Below are positions 23,903 through 36,898 of a stretch of DNA of 64,000 nt, in pieces (within the stretch, counting starts at the first letter, position 1; every line of letters begins with the position of its first letter). The DNA is from Somniosus microcephalus (Eukaryota): NCBI GenBank assembly GCA_052327205.1, contig CM126217.1:84196001-84260000 (forward strand), read 5' to 3'. The notes under the pieces were generated by a model that saw only the letters and a list, made by a program, of their open reading frames with translations, did not search any database and was not told where the DNA came from. The position numbers and the translations under genes are program-made.

Positions 23903-24590
23903 GGCCTAGAAATTGGGTTTTGGCGCAGCAACGGCTTTAGCGCCGGAAGTTAGTGCCGGAGCTAAGTCGCGCTGGTCGGGCCAGAAATTCACTACTTCTG
24001 CGCCCAAACGGCTGCCGGCGCTGCTGAAAGCTGTTAGCGCCTGAAAACTGGCGCTATGCGCTGAATTTTGGCGCTATTCCGGCGCTGCGGCGCCCGCTGC
24101 GGTGCGGCAGGTTCGGGAAGTGCAGGCCTCCTCCTTCCCTTAAGGAGGACCTGCCTGCACCCGGCCGCGGCCCGCGATAATCTTATTAAAAATGAGCCCG
24201 GCACCTCGGACAAGTGCCAGGCTTGCTTCTGTTCCGGGGGGGGGGGGGGGGGGAAGTCCGGGGAGGGAGCTGCGGCCAGGCGGGCAGCGGGAAAGCGGCC
24301 GGCCGCCGCGGGGCCTTTAATGCGCCGGTGCAAACTTGTGCAAGGCACCTCTGCCAGAACGTTGCTTGCGGCTGCCACGGGCGAGGCGGCCGCAAGTCAA
24401 TTTCCCAGTTCGGGCGGGTTACCATGGCAACCGGGACGCTGCGCACACCGATGACGTCATCGGTGCCGGCGCAGCGCTACCGGTCTACCGCGGCGGAAGG
24501 GCCCCAGGCAATTTAGGCGCCGGCGCCAATTGCAGCGCTAGGCCCTCTAGCGCCGCAAAATCGGCGCTAAGGGCACTGAATTTCTAGGCC
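23903..24590. mobile_element. GC-rich MITE with GGCCTAGAAATT TIRs and 3-bp TSD (AGA); PIF/Harbinger-like
   Basis: AGA|GGCCTAGAAATT ... AATTTCTAGGCC|AGA. Confidence 0.75.
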
Positions 24591-25912
24591 AGAGACATTA
24601 AAAGAGGCATGTGCCTTTGAAAAAATGACATCAAGTAAAAGAAACACCTGCTGGTCAAATAGTTTTTATGTTAAGCTTGAAATATGGAGTTCCTAAGTCT
24701 GATATGCAACCAATTGAGATAGCTAGAAATGCATGAAACACCCTGGTTAAAGTGGTTTTAATTTACATAATGTAAATATGATACCTATAGAACACTTTGA
24801 AGATATGACTTCAATAGATACACCAAGCAATCACATGATTTTTGTATTGAACTTGGAGCAGCTAGGAGTCATGACGTCTGCTAAAACCAGTTAAGCCAAT
24901 ATTAAGAATTGAATGAAAGAATTTTGTAAACATGGCATCAAACAGAAACCATTGCTGTCATTGTTTTTATGATAACTATTGAACACCTAAAGGTAGAGGC
25001 AGAAGTCTGAGAGTTGGCAGCTGAAGTGATAGTAAGAATAGAAAGCATTCAACAGAGGAATCACTAAAGATAATTAGCTTACATCAGCAGAAAACTTCAA
25101 AGGAGAAACCACGAACAAAGAATATAAAAATAAGAGCTTTTCAAACAGAAAGTCAGAAGTCGCTGAACGGGCCAAGCAATTCTCTCACTCTTCAGAGGCA
25201 TCTATGTAAGTTTTTAACTTTGAGTCTCAGGGATCAAAGAGGTACTTTTAATTTGATTTTGGTGGATGTTCTGGATTTAGAAATAAGTAAGAAACAGAAA
25301 TGTAACGAAGTTAAGATTTGAAAATAAGGATCTCTGAGAAATAAGAAATGTAAGCTATTTGTTTTTGAATTGTAATGTTGCGATGGACTCACCAGCTTTT
25401 AACTACATGTCGGTTCTTTAATAAATTTATATATTTTTAGAATTGTCTCAAATTAGTATTTCTGTATCAAACTTGCAAACTCAAATCTCTGTACATTCTT
25501 TGGTGAAGAGTTGCAGAGTTCTGGGGGGTATTCCGGACCCTCATAATATCCGGAAGGTTACAGTCTAGTTAAACTTATTAAAAGTGCTATCTGGAGGAAG
25601 GTAATATCTTCAGGTCGTTCCTTTCCTTTAGGGAGAGATAGCCTGGACCTTTAGACCCAATTAAGCGTCTTATAGAATTTGGCTATCTCTAACTTTAGTT
25701 GAAGGTGAACGTCTGGGGAGTACGCCTGATCTGGGGTAGCCCGAAAAGGGCTAGGACTTGTAATTATCCCTTCACGTTTATGTGCACTGCATCACAGGGC
25801 TTGGAAAGTCCAGGAAAGAAAATTCACCAAACTTTTTCATTAAAGTCTCTGACACTTTAACACTATGTGGTTCAAACCCAAGATAGCTGATAAATATCTT
25901 GGCAGTACTTAC

Positions 25913-26035
25913 CCTTACAATGAGTGCCATTGCCAGTATATCCCGGTTTACAGATGCAGTTGTGACCTCCGACAGTATTAAAACACAGAGCGTTCTCATC
26001 ACAGCTGTGTTGCTTTGTGCTACATTCATCATGTT
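25913..26035 (-). CDS. NELL2: Internal coding exon of NELL2 (EGF-like domain), 123 bp, phase 1-1
   Basis: Polypyrimidine tract + CAG acceptor and AAGG|GTAAGT donor. Encodes EHDECSTKQHSCDENALCFNTVGGHNCICKPGYTGNGTHCK vs recalled human NELL2 EHDECITNQHNCDENALCFNTVGGHNCVCKPGYTGNGTTCK. Confidence 0.93.
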
Positions 26036-26391
26036 CTGAGGGGACAAAAGAAAAAATCAGACGCAATGTAATAAGCTCAATTGTGATTAAAGGATTGCAT
26101 TTCCAAAATTCTCTTTAAAAAAAGAAAATGAATACATTTTTAAAAATTTTCCCTTTTACTTTGGCCGCCCTAAAAACATACTGAAGAATTGTAGTGTGAA
26201 CGAGAAAGCCACAATTATCTCCATTCTAAAGCCATTTTAGGTGGTGTTGTCATAACTAGTGGAAGGGGCCTGGTCTTGATCAACAAGTGACTTTGGGATA
26301 AAAGGACTTAGCTGAATTATTTAAGAGACTGTTAAAGTGTAGAATTGTTCTGTTTTATTTTAGAAGCTTGCACTCTCCATGAGATTATAAT

Positions 26392-27157
26392 GGCCCAGTA
26401 ATTCCAGGCCCAACGCGTGAGTAAGGACAGGGTACTCATGCGTGTGCCCAGAGAAATTGCCGGTTTTCAGCATGCACAGCACATGCGCTGAAAACCGGCA
26501 TTTCCTGTCCTCTGGCCCAAGGGGTTAAGAGGCTGAACGCGTGCGCGGTATCGGGCAGCGCGTGCGACTTGGATTTCCTCTATTTTTAGAGAATTGCGCG
26601 TGTGTAAAGGCCTCCGGTATTTACGCATTGAAAAACCACACGTAAGTACTTAGTTTTACAGGTAAGTGGTCTATTAATACAATTGAGAAATTTTTTTTCC
26701 ACAGGTTTGTTATTTTTAAAGAATTTACAGTGAGGTAAGTTTAGTTTTAGCCCCGATTTTTTATATAATTTTTTTTTTCAAATTTTAAAATTATTGTTTA
26801 AAATAGTTTTTCAGAGTTCTTTATGGTTCATTTAAGTAGTGCAATGTTTTTTTAAATTTTCTTTCAGGTTTAAGTAGTGTTTTGGGGCCAGGAGTTTTCA
26901 TGAGTTTGACAACTCTTACTGTCAAACTCATGAATGAACTTTTGCAACCTCCCATTGGTTGCCCAGTGCTCACGTGATCCCAGCCGGCTCATCGCACTAA
27001 ATACGCCGCTGGGTCACGCATGCACAGCGCGGCTGGACCTCAAGCGGGCCAGTGAGAGGAAATGCAATGCGGGCCAGGATTAAAATGTCAGTGCGCCGGG
27101 TAAGTGAACATTGGGGGCTTGCACGCGCGGCAAGCTCCCGATCCTAATTTCAGGGCC
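26392..27157. mobile_element. MITE-like element with imperfect GGCCC..AATT terminal inverted repeats
   Basis: GGCCCAGTAATT ... AATTTCAGGGCC; it interrupts a segment whose paralog flanks the LINE at 22205-23210. Confidence 0.6.
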
Positions 27158-28711
27158 ATTATGTTCTTTTGACTGTTCCACCAAAAGTACAGATATAGTA
27201 CTGGTGTGAATCTTAATCAGACCGAAACATATATATGTCAACCTAAGGAATCAAATTTGAAATATTCTGGTTTACCATGAACCCATCTGACAAACCTCAA
27301 GACAATTTAAAATATCTGTTCTTGCTTTGTAACAAAGTTTTTAATTTATATATTTTTTTAAAATAGCTTGTCTCCCATGGGCTTATTTACTATTGGTGTA
27401 GGGTATGAAGAACAGCTGTAAAGTTTAGCTGCTAACCTGACCTGTCCCTTTTAGAGATCACTGTTCATGTACTCCACGTGGGGAAGTAGTCTTGAGGTTG
27501 ATTAGAGACTTGTTACTGTACATGAAAGTTTCTCTAGATTGTCAGCTCCTCTCCTTGTTACCTGAACAAATTCCCCGGTTCATTTCACGATAAGAAATTG
27601 CTCAGTTGTGATCTGTTAGTGTTTTCAACAAGGTACGATATTGGGTGTGTGGTGGACACTCATAAAACTTTCATATAAATAGATCATCTCTAGTGGAGGC
27701 AGATACTTTACAGGACATCCTATGGACTTTCCAAATGTTCATTGCTGCTGAACACAATGCCTGGTACAGATTATTTAAATTAACTTACATTTTTTTTTAC
27801 AATTTTTTTCTCGGGATGTCAGTTACAATTATTGCCCGTCTCTAGTTGCTTTAACAACTGAGTGAGTTGCTAGCCTACTTTAAAGGACGCTAAGAGTTAA
27901 CCACATCATGTGGACTAGAGCCACATATAAGTCAGATGAGGTTGGGCTGAAAGATTTCCTGCCCTGAAGAACTTTACTAATCAGTTGGGTTTTTATGACA
28001 ATCCAGCACCATTTTCTGGTGTTAGCCCACAAATTACCACAGTTAATGAATTCAATTCACATGGTGAAGTTATGAACTCATGACCTTTTGGGTTACTAGC
28101 TCAATGATGACATGATGCATTATCTATGAATATTGTAATTTTGTGAGTGAACCACAAGTGTTATAAATACTGGTGGTTTGTGTCCATACCAAGAGGTTAG
28201 GCAAGTGACTTGTTTCTATGCTTCACTCAATTCCACTCAGCACTGCTTTCCAGGATTTGTGGAAGAGGGGCCTGGCTAATTTGTATTCTGATTTTCTTGA
28301 GCTCTGTACAGGATGTGGCTGGTCTGGGACATTGTGAGAAGTGAACCCAAGTGATAATTTTATGTCGCACAGCATGTCGGAGCTCCAAGTGCTGCACCAT
28401 TTATAAGCCTGGATTATTTTTTAATCCTTAATTAAATTTTATTATTCACAGAACTGCGACATGTTATAATTCTGTCAATCCTTATCGGTCTGAACTTCAT
28501 TACTTTGCACGTTCTAGTAACACAGCAAAATCAAGTGTAGTCGTGGAAAGATAAAGCTAGGTATCATCAGCATACACATGAAAGCTGATCCCCGCCCCCC
28601 TCAATGCTTGCAGATGATGTTCATTGAAGGGCAAAATATCAGAGGAATAGGTGAGGACTAAGGATAGAATCTTGGGGCACACTGCAGGTGAAAGTCAGGC
28701 ACAAAAGGAAA

Positions 28712-29132
28712 GAAAGAAAGACTTGCATTTATATAGCGCCTTTCACGACCACCGGACATCTCAAAGCGCTTTACAACCAATGAAGTACTTTTGGAGTGTA
28801 GTCACTGTTGTAATGTGGGAAATGTAGCAGCCAATTTGCGCACAGCAAGCTCCCACAAACAGCAATGTGATAATGACCAGATAATCTGTTTTTGTTGTTG
28901 GTTGAGGGATAAATATTGGCCAGGACACCGGGGATAACTCCCCTGCTCTTCTTCGAAATAGTGCCATGGGATCTTTTACGTCCACCTGTGTGAGCAGACG
29001 GGGCCTCGGTTTAACGTCTCATCCGAAAGACGGCAACTCCAACAGTGCAGCACTCCCTCAGCACTGCACTGCGGTGTCAGCCTAGCCCTTTGTGCTCAAG
29101 TCCCTGGAGTGGGACTTGAGCCCACAACCTTC
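28712..29132 (-). mobile_element. SacSINE1/Deu-domain-type SINE inserted in an L2 remnant
   Basis: Contains GGTTTAACGTCTCATCCGAAAGACGGC..CAGTGCAGCACTCCCTCAG, recalled as Deu-domain core; TTTC-repeat tail; copies at 36345, 41257 and 43385. Confidence 0.8.
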
Positions 29133-29984
29133 CCAGAGGACACACCATTCCCAGAGATGTGGTGGCTATGTTGGGCTGGAACAAAGAACATGGTGTCACT
29201 GAGGTGGACCACAGAAAAGCAGGACAGTGCGGTCAACTTTGCCAAAAGCCACACTGAATGCTATTGGTGATTTTGACCAGGTAATTTTGTTTATGGCAAT
29301 TTTGGAATATAAACACAGACATTTCATATTTAATTTAGTTTGTTTACTGAGCAATATGTTTTACAGTTTTTAAGCATAGTTTAAGTCCTGTGAATTCCAG
29401 TGCATAGAATTTTCATTTAAGATATGAATTACACGCAATTGAAACTGATATTTTAGTACTTGGTTCCCCAGTATAAAAGCCACAGGTGTTTGGATAGTAT
29501 GATATTGTCACCCAAGAAGTACAAGACATTTAGATAGTACTGTGAAACAATGCAAGGATTCCAAGTGCCGGGGTCAACGTGATGGATTTGATCTTGTATT
29601 CACTTTTTAGACTCTTGCCTCTTGTGTTTTACATGCTGTGTGGTAATCTATACTTTAGAAAATAATTCATAGTGCATGTCTTTTTGAACATTTGGAATAT
29701 AACAATCAGTGTTTGAGAACCAAACCATCACCATCCAATATCAGTCACATTTCATTATCATAGTACTGTTACTCCAGTGCCAGAAATGAAAATATGTGCT
29801 ATCTGCTTGTCAAAACAGGTTCTAAATTACAGACTGAAATTCTGACAACCCCTTCTCAAAATAGGACAGATGATAAAGCCTTGTCTAATAATATAACCTA
29901 GAACAAAGAGGAATTTCCTTTTAGTAATTTTCTACTTTCTATTCCAATTGATCCAGTTATTTTACAACAAGCTTCTCAACAACA

Positions 29985-30540
29985 ACAATAGGAGCTTGCA
30001 TTTATCTAGCACCTTTAACATAGTAAAGCGACCCAAGGCGCTTCATAGAAGCGTTATCAAAAACAAAATTTGACACCGAGCCACATAAGAAACTAGGACA
30101 GGTGACCAAAAGCTCGGTCATAGATACATAGAAACATAGAAGATAGAAGCAGGAGTAGGCCATTCGGCCCCTCGAGCCTGCTCCGCCATTCAATGCGATC
30201 ATGGCTGATCATCCAAATTCAGTACCCGGTCCCTGCCTTCTCCCCATATCCCTTGATCCCTTTAGCCTTAAGAAATATATCGAACTCCTTCTTGAATATA
30301 TTTAATGAATTGTCCTCCACTGCCTTCTGTCAAAACAGGTAGGTTTTAAGGAGAGCCTTAAAGGAGGAGAGAGGCGGAGAGATTTAGGGAGGGAGTTCCT
30401 GAGCTTGGGGCCCAGACAGCTGGAGGCGTGGCGGCCAATTGCACAGCAATGGAAATCGGGGATGCACAAGAGACCTGAATTGGAGGAGTGCAGAGATCTC
30501 GGAGGGTTGTAGGGGGTTACAGAGATAGGGAGGGGCGAGT
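29985..30540 (-). mobile_element. L2-type 3' end interrupted by a short CR1 3' fragment (about 30119-30330)
   Basis: Tail TTGCATTTATCTAGCACCTTT shared with the SINE tails; inner piece begins with the CATAGAAA repeat tail typical of CR1. Confidence 0.65.
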
Positions 30541-32062
30541 TCTATCAGAGCTCACAGATAGCAGGGAAACATTAAAATAAAAATAAAAATATTTTAACAG
30601 TATAAAAAATGTGTAACATAATGAACTTGCAGTCTTGCATTTGACTGTACCGGAGTGTAGCAGCTGGACTGATAGTTTTGACCTGCGCTCTCAGCCTTCA
30701 TTCAAGCTGCTTATCTTCAGCTACAACCTCATGTACTCTCAGATGTCTGTTGTTACCCAATGGAACTTGAAATATGTAAATACAGACTGTTTCTTAAAAA
30801 AAAAAGTTACAGTTCTGAGTCTACTGGAGGATTAGGAAGTGCAGTACACTGAATCCTGGCAGATTATATAGTGTGCTGATCTGGTATGACTAATCTATGC
30901 TGCCTACTCCACTTCTTATTAAAAAAAAATAGAAAACCAGGATAGCCAGGACATCTGACTGGAAAATGAACAAAACAGAAAAATAACTGTCTACAGGAAG
31001 GATAAGAGTACAAGTGAAACTAGATGGAAACAAAGTTGTCAGCTCACTAATGAGGTTTGGACATTGTTTGAATTTTACAGGTCAGCTACAGACGCCTTTT
31101 GGATGTTGGAAAATTGGTCAACTTCTGCAGAGAGCTGGCCGGCAGCTAGGGCCTGTTGGGGATGCAGCGGGGTGGGGGGGGGGGGGTGGTGGGCGGCGAT
31201 AATGGGCCACCTCCTGCTTGCCCCACAAAAATCTTTCATTTAAAATTTTAAAAAAACCAAAGCTTACCTTTTCCTGAGTGGCCTCCAGTGGTCCCTTTTT
31301 AAGGATTGTTGGTTAGGTCGCTCATCACCCGGTACAACTGGGACTAGCACGCATGGTCCAGGCTCCGCCTAAGGTGCCCACCAGATTTTCTTCTGCCGGT
31401 CACCGATTTTCAGGTGGCCAGCTGTTGAAAATCACCTGATATTTATTTTCCTTTTTTTTTTATTTGAATTTTCCCATTGTTATAATTTTTTTGCTTTTTC
31501 ATTCAATCTAACGTTTTAATGCATGGTTCTCTGCTGCTTTTTTTCAGTTTTATCGTCAGTTTTTCACTTCAAATATTTTCTTTGCTAACCCTATCAGGGA
31601 TTTCCTTACTGTCACCAGTTATTCTGTCCTTTTGTAGTTATTTGATTCCACTGATCTTGTTTTCTCGAACCCCATTTCCTCTTGTCTCATAATTTTGATT
31701 TGAAGCATGCTGCACTAGGTGCCGCGTCTTCTGAGAAATAAATTCACCCTGACAACCGACATGGCCGACAGCCGTAGCAGGCTACCCAGGTCTCTTCTTA
31801 GAATATAACCTGCCTGATGTCACCTTGATGCAGATAAAGTATTTCTCATCAAAGCAAGAGTTCTCTTTAAAGTCTGCAAATACTTTGCAAACAATAGAGA
31901 TGGAGATTTAGTTTTAAAATATTTAATGAGTTGTGCTTGAATTTTAAAGATCTGAAAATGTCTCACTGTGCCATTTAATAAATAGCTTAAATCTCTTCAA
32001 TTGAAGGGTAGAAGTAACCAGGCCAGCAAAACCATTCAGGCCGCATGCTATTTAGAGATTTA

Positions 32063-32515
32063 GGCCTAGAAATTGGTTCGCGCAGGCCTGCGCCAGAACT
32101 GGTAGGCCCACGGCACACCTGATATTCTTGCTCCTCCTGACTCCACATTCAGGTCATTGTTTTTTTTTTAAACTTACCTTTTTGGTGGCGGCCAGCAGCA
32201 GTCCCTTTAAGGAGCGCTTGTTAGGCCGCCTGTAGACCAAGTTTTCCTGAACACAGTCGGCCTGGTGCTGGCCTCGTTCAGGGCAACCCAATTTTGCGAA
32301 GGGGTCCTCAAACAGGTGTGAGGCGCCCCCATTTGCATATGCAAAGAGCCTAACTCCTGTTTCAGGCGCGTAACCTGGACACCTCTTTTTCTGCCTTCAC
32401 CAATATGGCGGGCTTCTAGCCCATAATGAGCACACGCACCCCACCACCATATTGGATGCTTAGGCACCCATTTTGCGCCTGAAAAATTAGCACAGCGCCA
32501 ATAAATTTCTAGGCG
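32063..32515. mobile_element. MITE with GGCCTAGAAATT TIRs and TTA TSD; PIF/Harbinger-like
   Basis: TTA|GGCCTAGAAATT ... AATTTCTAGGCG|TTA. Confidence 0.78.
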
Positions 32516-33944
32516 TTAGTTTACTAAATCATGTGTCCTCAGCGATGGAGGGTTAACTCTTGTGGAGAATGAGCAAAATCTATCACACACTGGAAACTAT
32601 ATTTTTCTTTTAACCAGATTAACTTCTATTTAGGTACATTTTTAACATTTCAGAAACTCGTTTTGCTGCGTATATTTTTTTTCTCAAAGTGAGTGAGACC
32701 TCATGCAATTCCTAAAGCTCTGGCACCTCAAAACTAACAGTGTGTGACAGCTCAAATGTCCTGCGTTAGTCACATTCAGTGGGCTGTGACAAGGTAAATG
32801 ACACCAATTACCTGATATAATTACTGCCTCTGACAGTATCTTCCCCCCAGTGATTGTTTGATGAGTTTTGCAATGCCTGTGTTGTCAATCCCATCTTCAT
32901 CTGAGGGCCTCTATTGCTGTCAGTGGACCTCGCACAGACATTGATTAACTGTTACTGTTACAGCAGCCTGCTCTCAATATCACAAACTGATCAGTCAATT
33001 CGACGGGATTCAGTTAGTTCCAGCAGAAACTAAATATTTATAGTGGTATTCTGTTGATATCTCAAAATGACAGTTGAGCATAGCATTGGAAATGAGGGAA
33101 AAAGCAATTCTCCATCCTAAATCAGTCCGACATTCAGATATCCCGAAAAATCATTTTCAGAATGACATGTTCCTTGAAAACAATGCTTCTGCACCTGTGC
33201 AGAAGGACAATTACAAAGTTTGCACCATCTGTTCACACCTGTGTGTAATTGGATTCTGACTAAGATGTATACGAAAGTGTGCCTTTTCAAGGTCACTACC
33301 TCAGCCTTTCTTCCATCTGCAGCATATGTTCGAACTGGATAGCCACCTACATCTCAGCCTGGAACTTGCCAAAGGAATGACAACCTTCCTGCCATGACAA
33401 AACCCGCTCTGCTAGTTATGTATGTAATTATATTATTAATGGCCCTGGAATTCTGTGGGCCTTCGGACACAGGTTCGCAGGGAATGTGGTCGGAGATGGT
33501 GGGTCCCACCACCACAGCCAGTTTCCTGGGGCACCTGTTGGGGATGGAACCTCTGTTTAATTTAGTTATTTGTTGCATTTAACTAAATTTATACCTAAAT
33601 TGGCAACTTGTATCACTGTTTGTTTCTAAAAAAAAATCATTAAAATGTGAAATATTTTAATGTGCGTCAAATATGTTACAATTACTGTGGAATGTGGGGT
33701 CAATTCTAATGGAAGTACTTTAGAATGACTTCTATGAATAGGAATAATAAAAAGAGATACTGCCTCGTTTCCACAGGCGACACATGCATTACATAGTGAC
33801 GGGGCCTCAAGCTGAACTCAGTAGACTTACTGCCCTGTTAACGCTGATGCACTGGCAGCTGTCATTTTGAAAGGGGTCTTCCTTTGGGCGGCTGGAGCAC
33901 CAGCCTGTTTCCAGCCTCTTTACTATGCAGATCAGGCTCCTATG

Positions 33945-34754
33945 GGGCTGGATTTTCTCAATGGGGAGCTTTTGGAGGCGGGACTCCCACTTGCCGGGTT
34001 TTAGTCCCGCCTCCATCGACTTGTGGCCAACCCACACTATTTTCCCTTGATGGACCTTGTTAAGCCCGCCCAGCGGGCTCAGCAGGCCAATTAAGGGAAA
34101 GCCGGTTACAGGTGACGTCAGCGAGTGACGTTTCATCTGTCAAGAGCTTTTGACAGATGAAATGTCAGCATTTGAGAGCTCTGTGAAGCTGTCAAACACT
34201 GACAATCTGTCCTCTAAGTTGAGCCTTTCCACTCAGGCTCACTTGATCTCTCCTGAGCAGAAAGCAGACGGCTGCAGCATTTGACAGTTCAGCAGCCATC
34301 CTGCTTCCTGTGCCAGTGAGCTGAGGGACTCCCGAGACCTGAAGGGATGAAGCCTGCAGGAAGAAGTAAAGGTAAGTAAAACTTATTAAAACACTTTACA
34401 CTCACCTCACACACTTACCTCTCCACACTTGCACCCATCACTCACCTGCACACCGGACATCTCGACCCCTCCGACCCCCGCAGACTGACGGCTCGCCTCG
34501 CTGACCCTGGCGAGGTTCGGAGCCGTCGGAAAGCCCACACTTCAGGGCTGAAAATAGGGATTCTCCAGTTAATTAGTACTAATCCCCTTCCCGCCTCAGG
34601 GAGGCAGCTCCCAGCACGGGTCGGGTACCCGCCTCCTGGGAAGATGGCACAGAGACGGGTTGGGGGCAGGATGGGTACCCATCCCCAGATTCTGCCATTT
34701 TCCCGGCCGTCCTGCCTCTTTACCTGCCTCCCCAGGACTGGCAGAATCGCCCCC
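33945..34754 (+). mobile_element. About 810-850 bp non-autonomous DNA-transposon-like repeat (family A, copy 1)
   Basis: GGGCTGGATTTT ... AGAATCGCCCCC ends; internal hairpin TTTCATCTGTCAA-GAGCT-TTTGACAGATGAAA; homologous to 48513, 57942, 61621 and 63965. Confidence 0.8.
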
Positions 34755-36344
34755 CATGCTGTAGTTAGGGTCCTGATTGCAATTCTCAGGGCCACCTAGG
34801 CAAGTTTGCACTGTGCATGCTCCACCCACGTGTCCGGGCATTGAGCAGCCTAACCAGCTGTCCTCTAAGGGATCGCTGCTGGCCGTTCCTACAACAAGCC
34901 ATGAGTTATGAGGTAGTGCTCCTCCTGGCCCCACACAAATACTGCTGGTCACTCCTGGGCCGGGCCGGGCTCACCCACCCCTCCCCATTCACCTCCCCTC
35001 CCAGTAGCTAGCTGCAGGCCAGCATGGCGTATGAGCTGCTCGATATTGCACCAGCCCAAAGACAGCGAGCTCCAGTGGGATATCCAGTGAGATTTAAATG
35101 AAGCCCAAGCTCAGAATGGCTTAGGACTCCTCAGCCATTTGACAGAAGGGGGTGCCAGCCGACACACTTCCCCAGTCAGCCATCCAAAAAGTAAAGATCG
35201 GCCCCCTCAAGACAATTTACATATGGCATTACTTTTGTAGTGCAGCACCTATTGTTACGAGCACAAAAAATTGGGTTCTGCTGCATTTTTTGCAATCATC
35301 TTTCACTGTGCAATTCACTTCCAACTGTTTTTTATGTGCCATTTTTCAATACAGTTTCCTTCTCTGTTTTCATTGCCAGAGGGCAGACAACAGCTCTCCC
35401 GACACTATCTCTAGCATGAGAGAAACCCAGTATGACGCAACACATCGCATTGCTCATTACAGCTCTGCTGATCAAGAAAAATGGATGCCACACTTTGTAA
35501 AGGGGAAAGTAAATTATGTTGGATGGTTATTTATTTACGGACCGAATTTTTATGGCAGCACAATAATGGGTAGACTCGTAACCACCTTTCAATTGGTAAT
35601 TAAACTGCAATGTGTCCAAATTCCGAAACAGCAATAGATTTCTGACAGTAATATAGAATAATGAAATGTTCTATAGGACCACAGATGAAAACAGTAATCA
35701 GACAAATGTTGTATCAGTGACTCTACAAGCTGTTGTTCCATTGCTATCGGTGGTGTCATTAGTTATTTTTAACCAGTCCTGGCAGGCATGTTTCATGCTC
35801 ATAATAATCAACCGGGTTTCCGCACCCCTAATCAGATGGAGGGATGAAAACACCGTTTTCCAACTGAACTGTGAAAGTATCTAATAACTTCCAGGCAACT
35901 TCTAATTTCCCTGGAGTGCGTGGTATTAGTAACTGAGCACTAGGCCGTGAGCAACCCCAGGAGCAAAGCCAGTGAACCCTGCAGTTCCAATTTCGGAGAG
36001 CAGGGTGGTGAATAAATATTTGATATGAATGGTGCTTTCCCTTGGCATCTAGCTGATGCTTTTGCTCTGGATCATACAATGTAAATTTGTTTTAAGCTTC
36101 ACCGGTTTTTAAAATGTAGTTATAGAATTATTATGCTCCTAAAGATCACCATGGCCACATGCAAGCAGTGGCGTCCGACTTCACTGCCTGACTCCTGATC
36201 TCTCTCTCTCTCCAATTTTTTCGGGGCTGCTCTGGAAATGAATTTTCTTTCGGTGGAGAGGAGCAAGGTGGCTGCGCGGTCACCTTTGATAGTTGCTCCT
36301 GCGAGGGAAGCGCTGCGCTGCACTTACCCATTGTTATCTTTGTA

Positions 36345-36805
36345 TCAGCCGTGGCTGAGTCGATAGCACTCTCGCATCTGAGTCAGAAGGTTGTGGGTTG
36401 TGGATGCAATAAAAATGCAAGTCCCACTCCAGAGACTTGAGCATGAAATCTAGGCCGACACTTCAGTGCAGTACCGAGGGAGCGCTGCACTGTCGGAGGT
36501 GCCATGCTTCAGCTGAGACGTTAAACCGAGGCCCCGTCTGCCCTCTCAGGTGGATGGAAAAGATCCCACGGCCACTACTTTGAAGAAGAGCAGGGGAGTT
36601 ATCCCTGGAGTCCTGGTCAATATTTATCCTTCAACCAACATCACTGAAACAGATTATCACATTGCTGTCTGTGGGAGCTTGCTGTGCACAAATTGGCTGC
36701 CATGTTTCCTACATTACAACAGTGACTACACTTCAAAAGTACGTCATTAGCTGTAAAGCACTTTGGGACATCCTGAAGTTGTGAAAGATGCTATATAAAT
36801 CCATT
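36345..36805 (+). mobile_element. SacSINE1/Deu-domain-type SINE
   Basis: tRNA-like head (CAGCCGTGGCTGAGTCGATAGCACTCTCGCATCTGAGTCAGAAGG) and reverse-complement homology to 28712-29132. Confidence 0.8.
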
Positions 36806-36898
36806 CTTTTGCCATTAGAGAGGTAGGATACAGCCACTGCAGCATTTTAATATTTAACTCAGGAGCACTAGGAAATCTGCAGTGGAGTAGTAGGAAAG

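Noticed and set aside
23575-25562. Possible long solo LTR (TGTGAA...GTTACA with AATAAA near the end)
   Set aside because: No matching TSD and no second copy in the window; cannot be supported.
25778-26066. ORF-track extensions around the EGF exon
   Set aside because: Homology is confined between the AG acceptor and GT donor; the rest is intron read-through or another frame.
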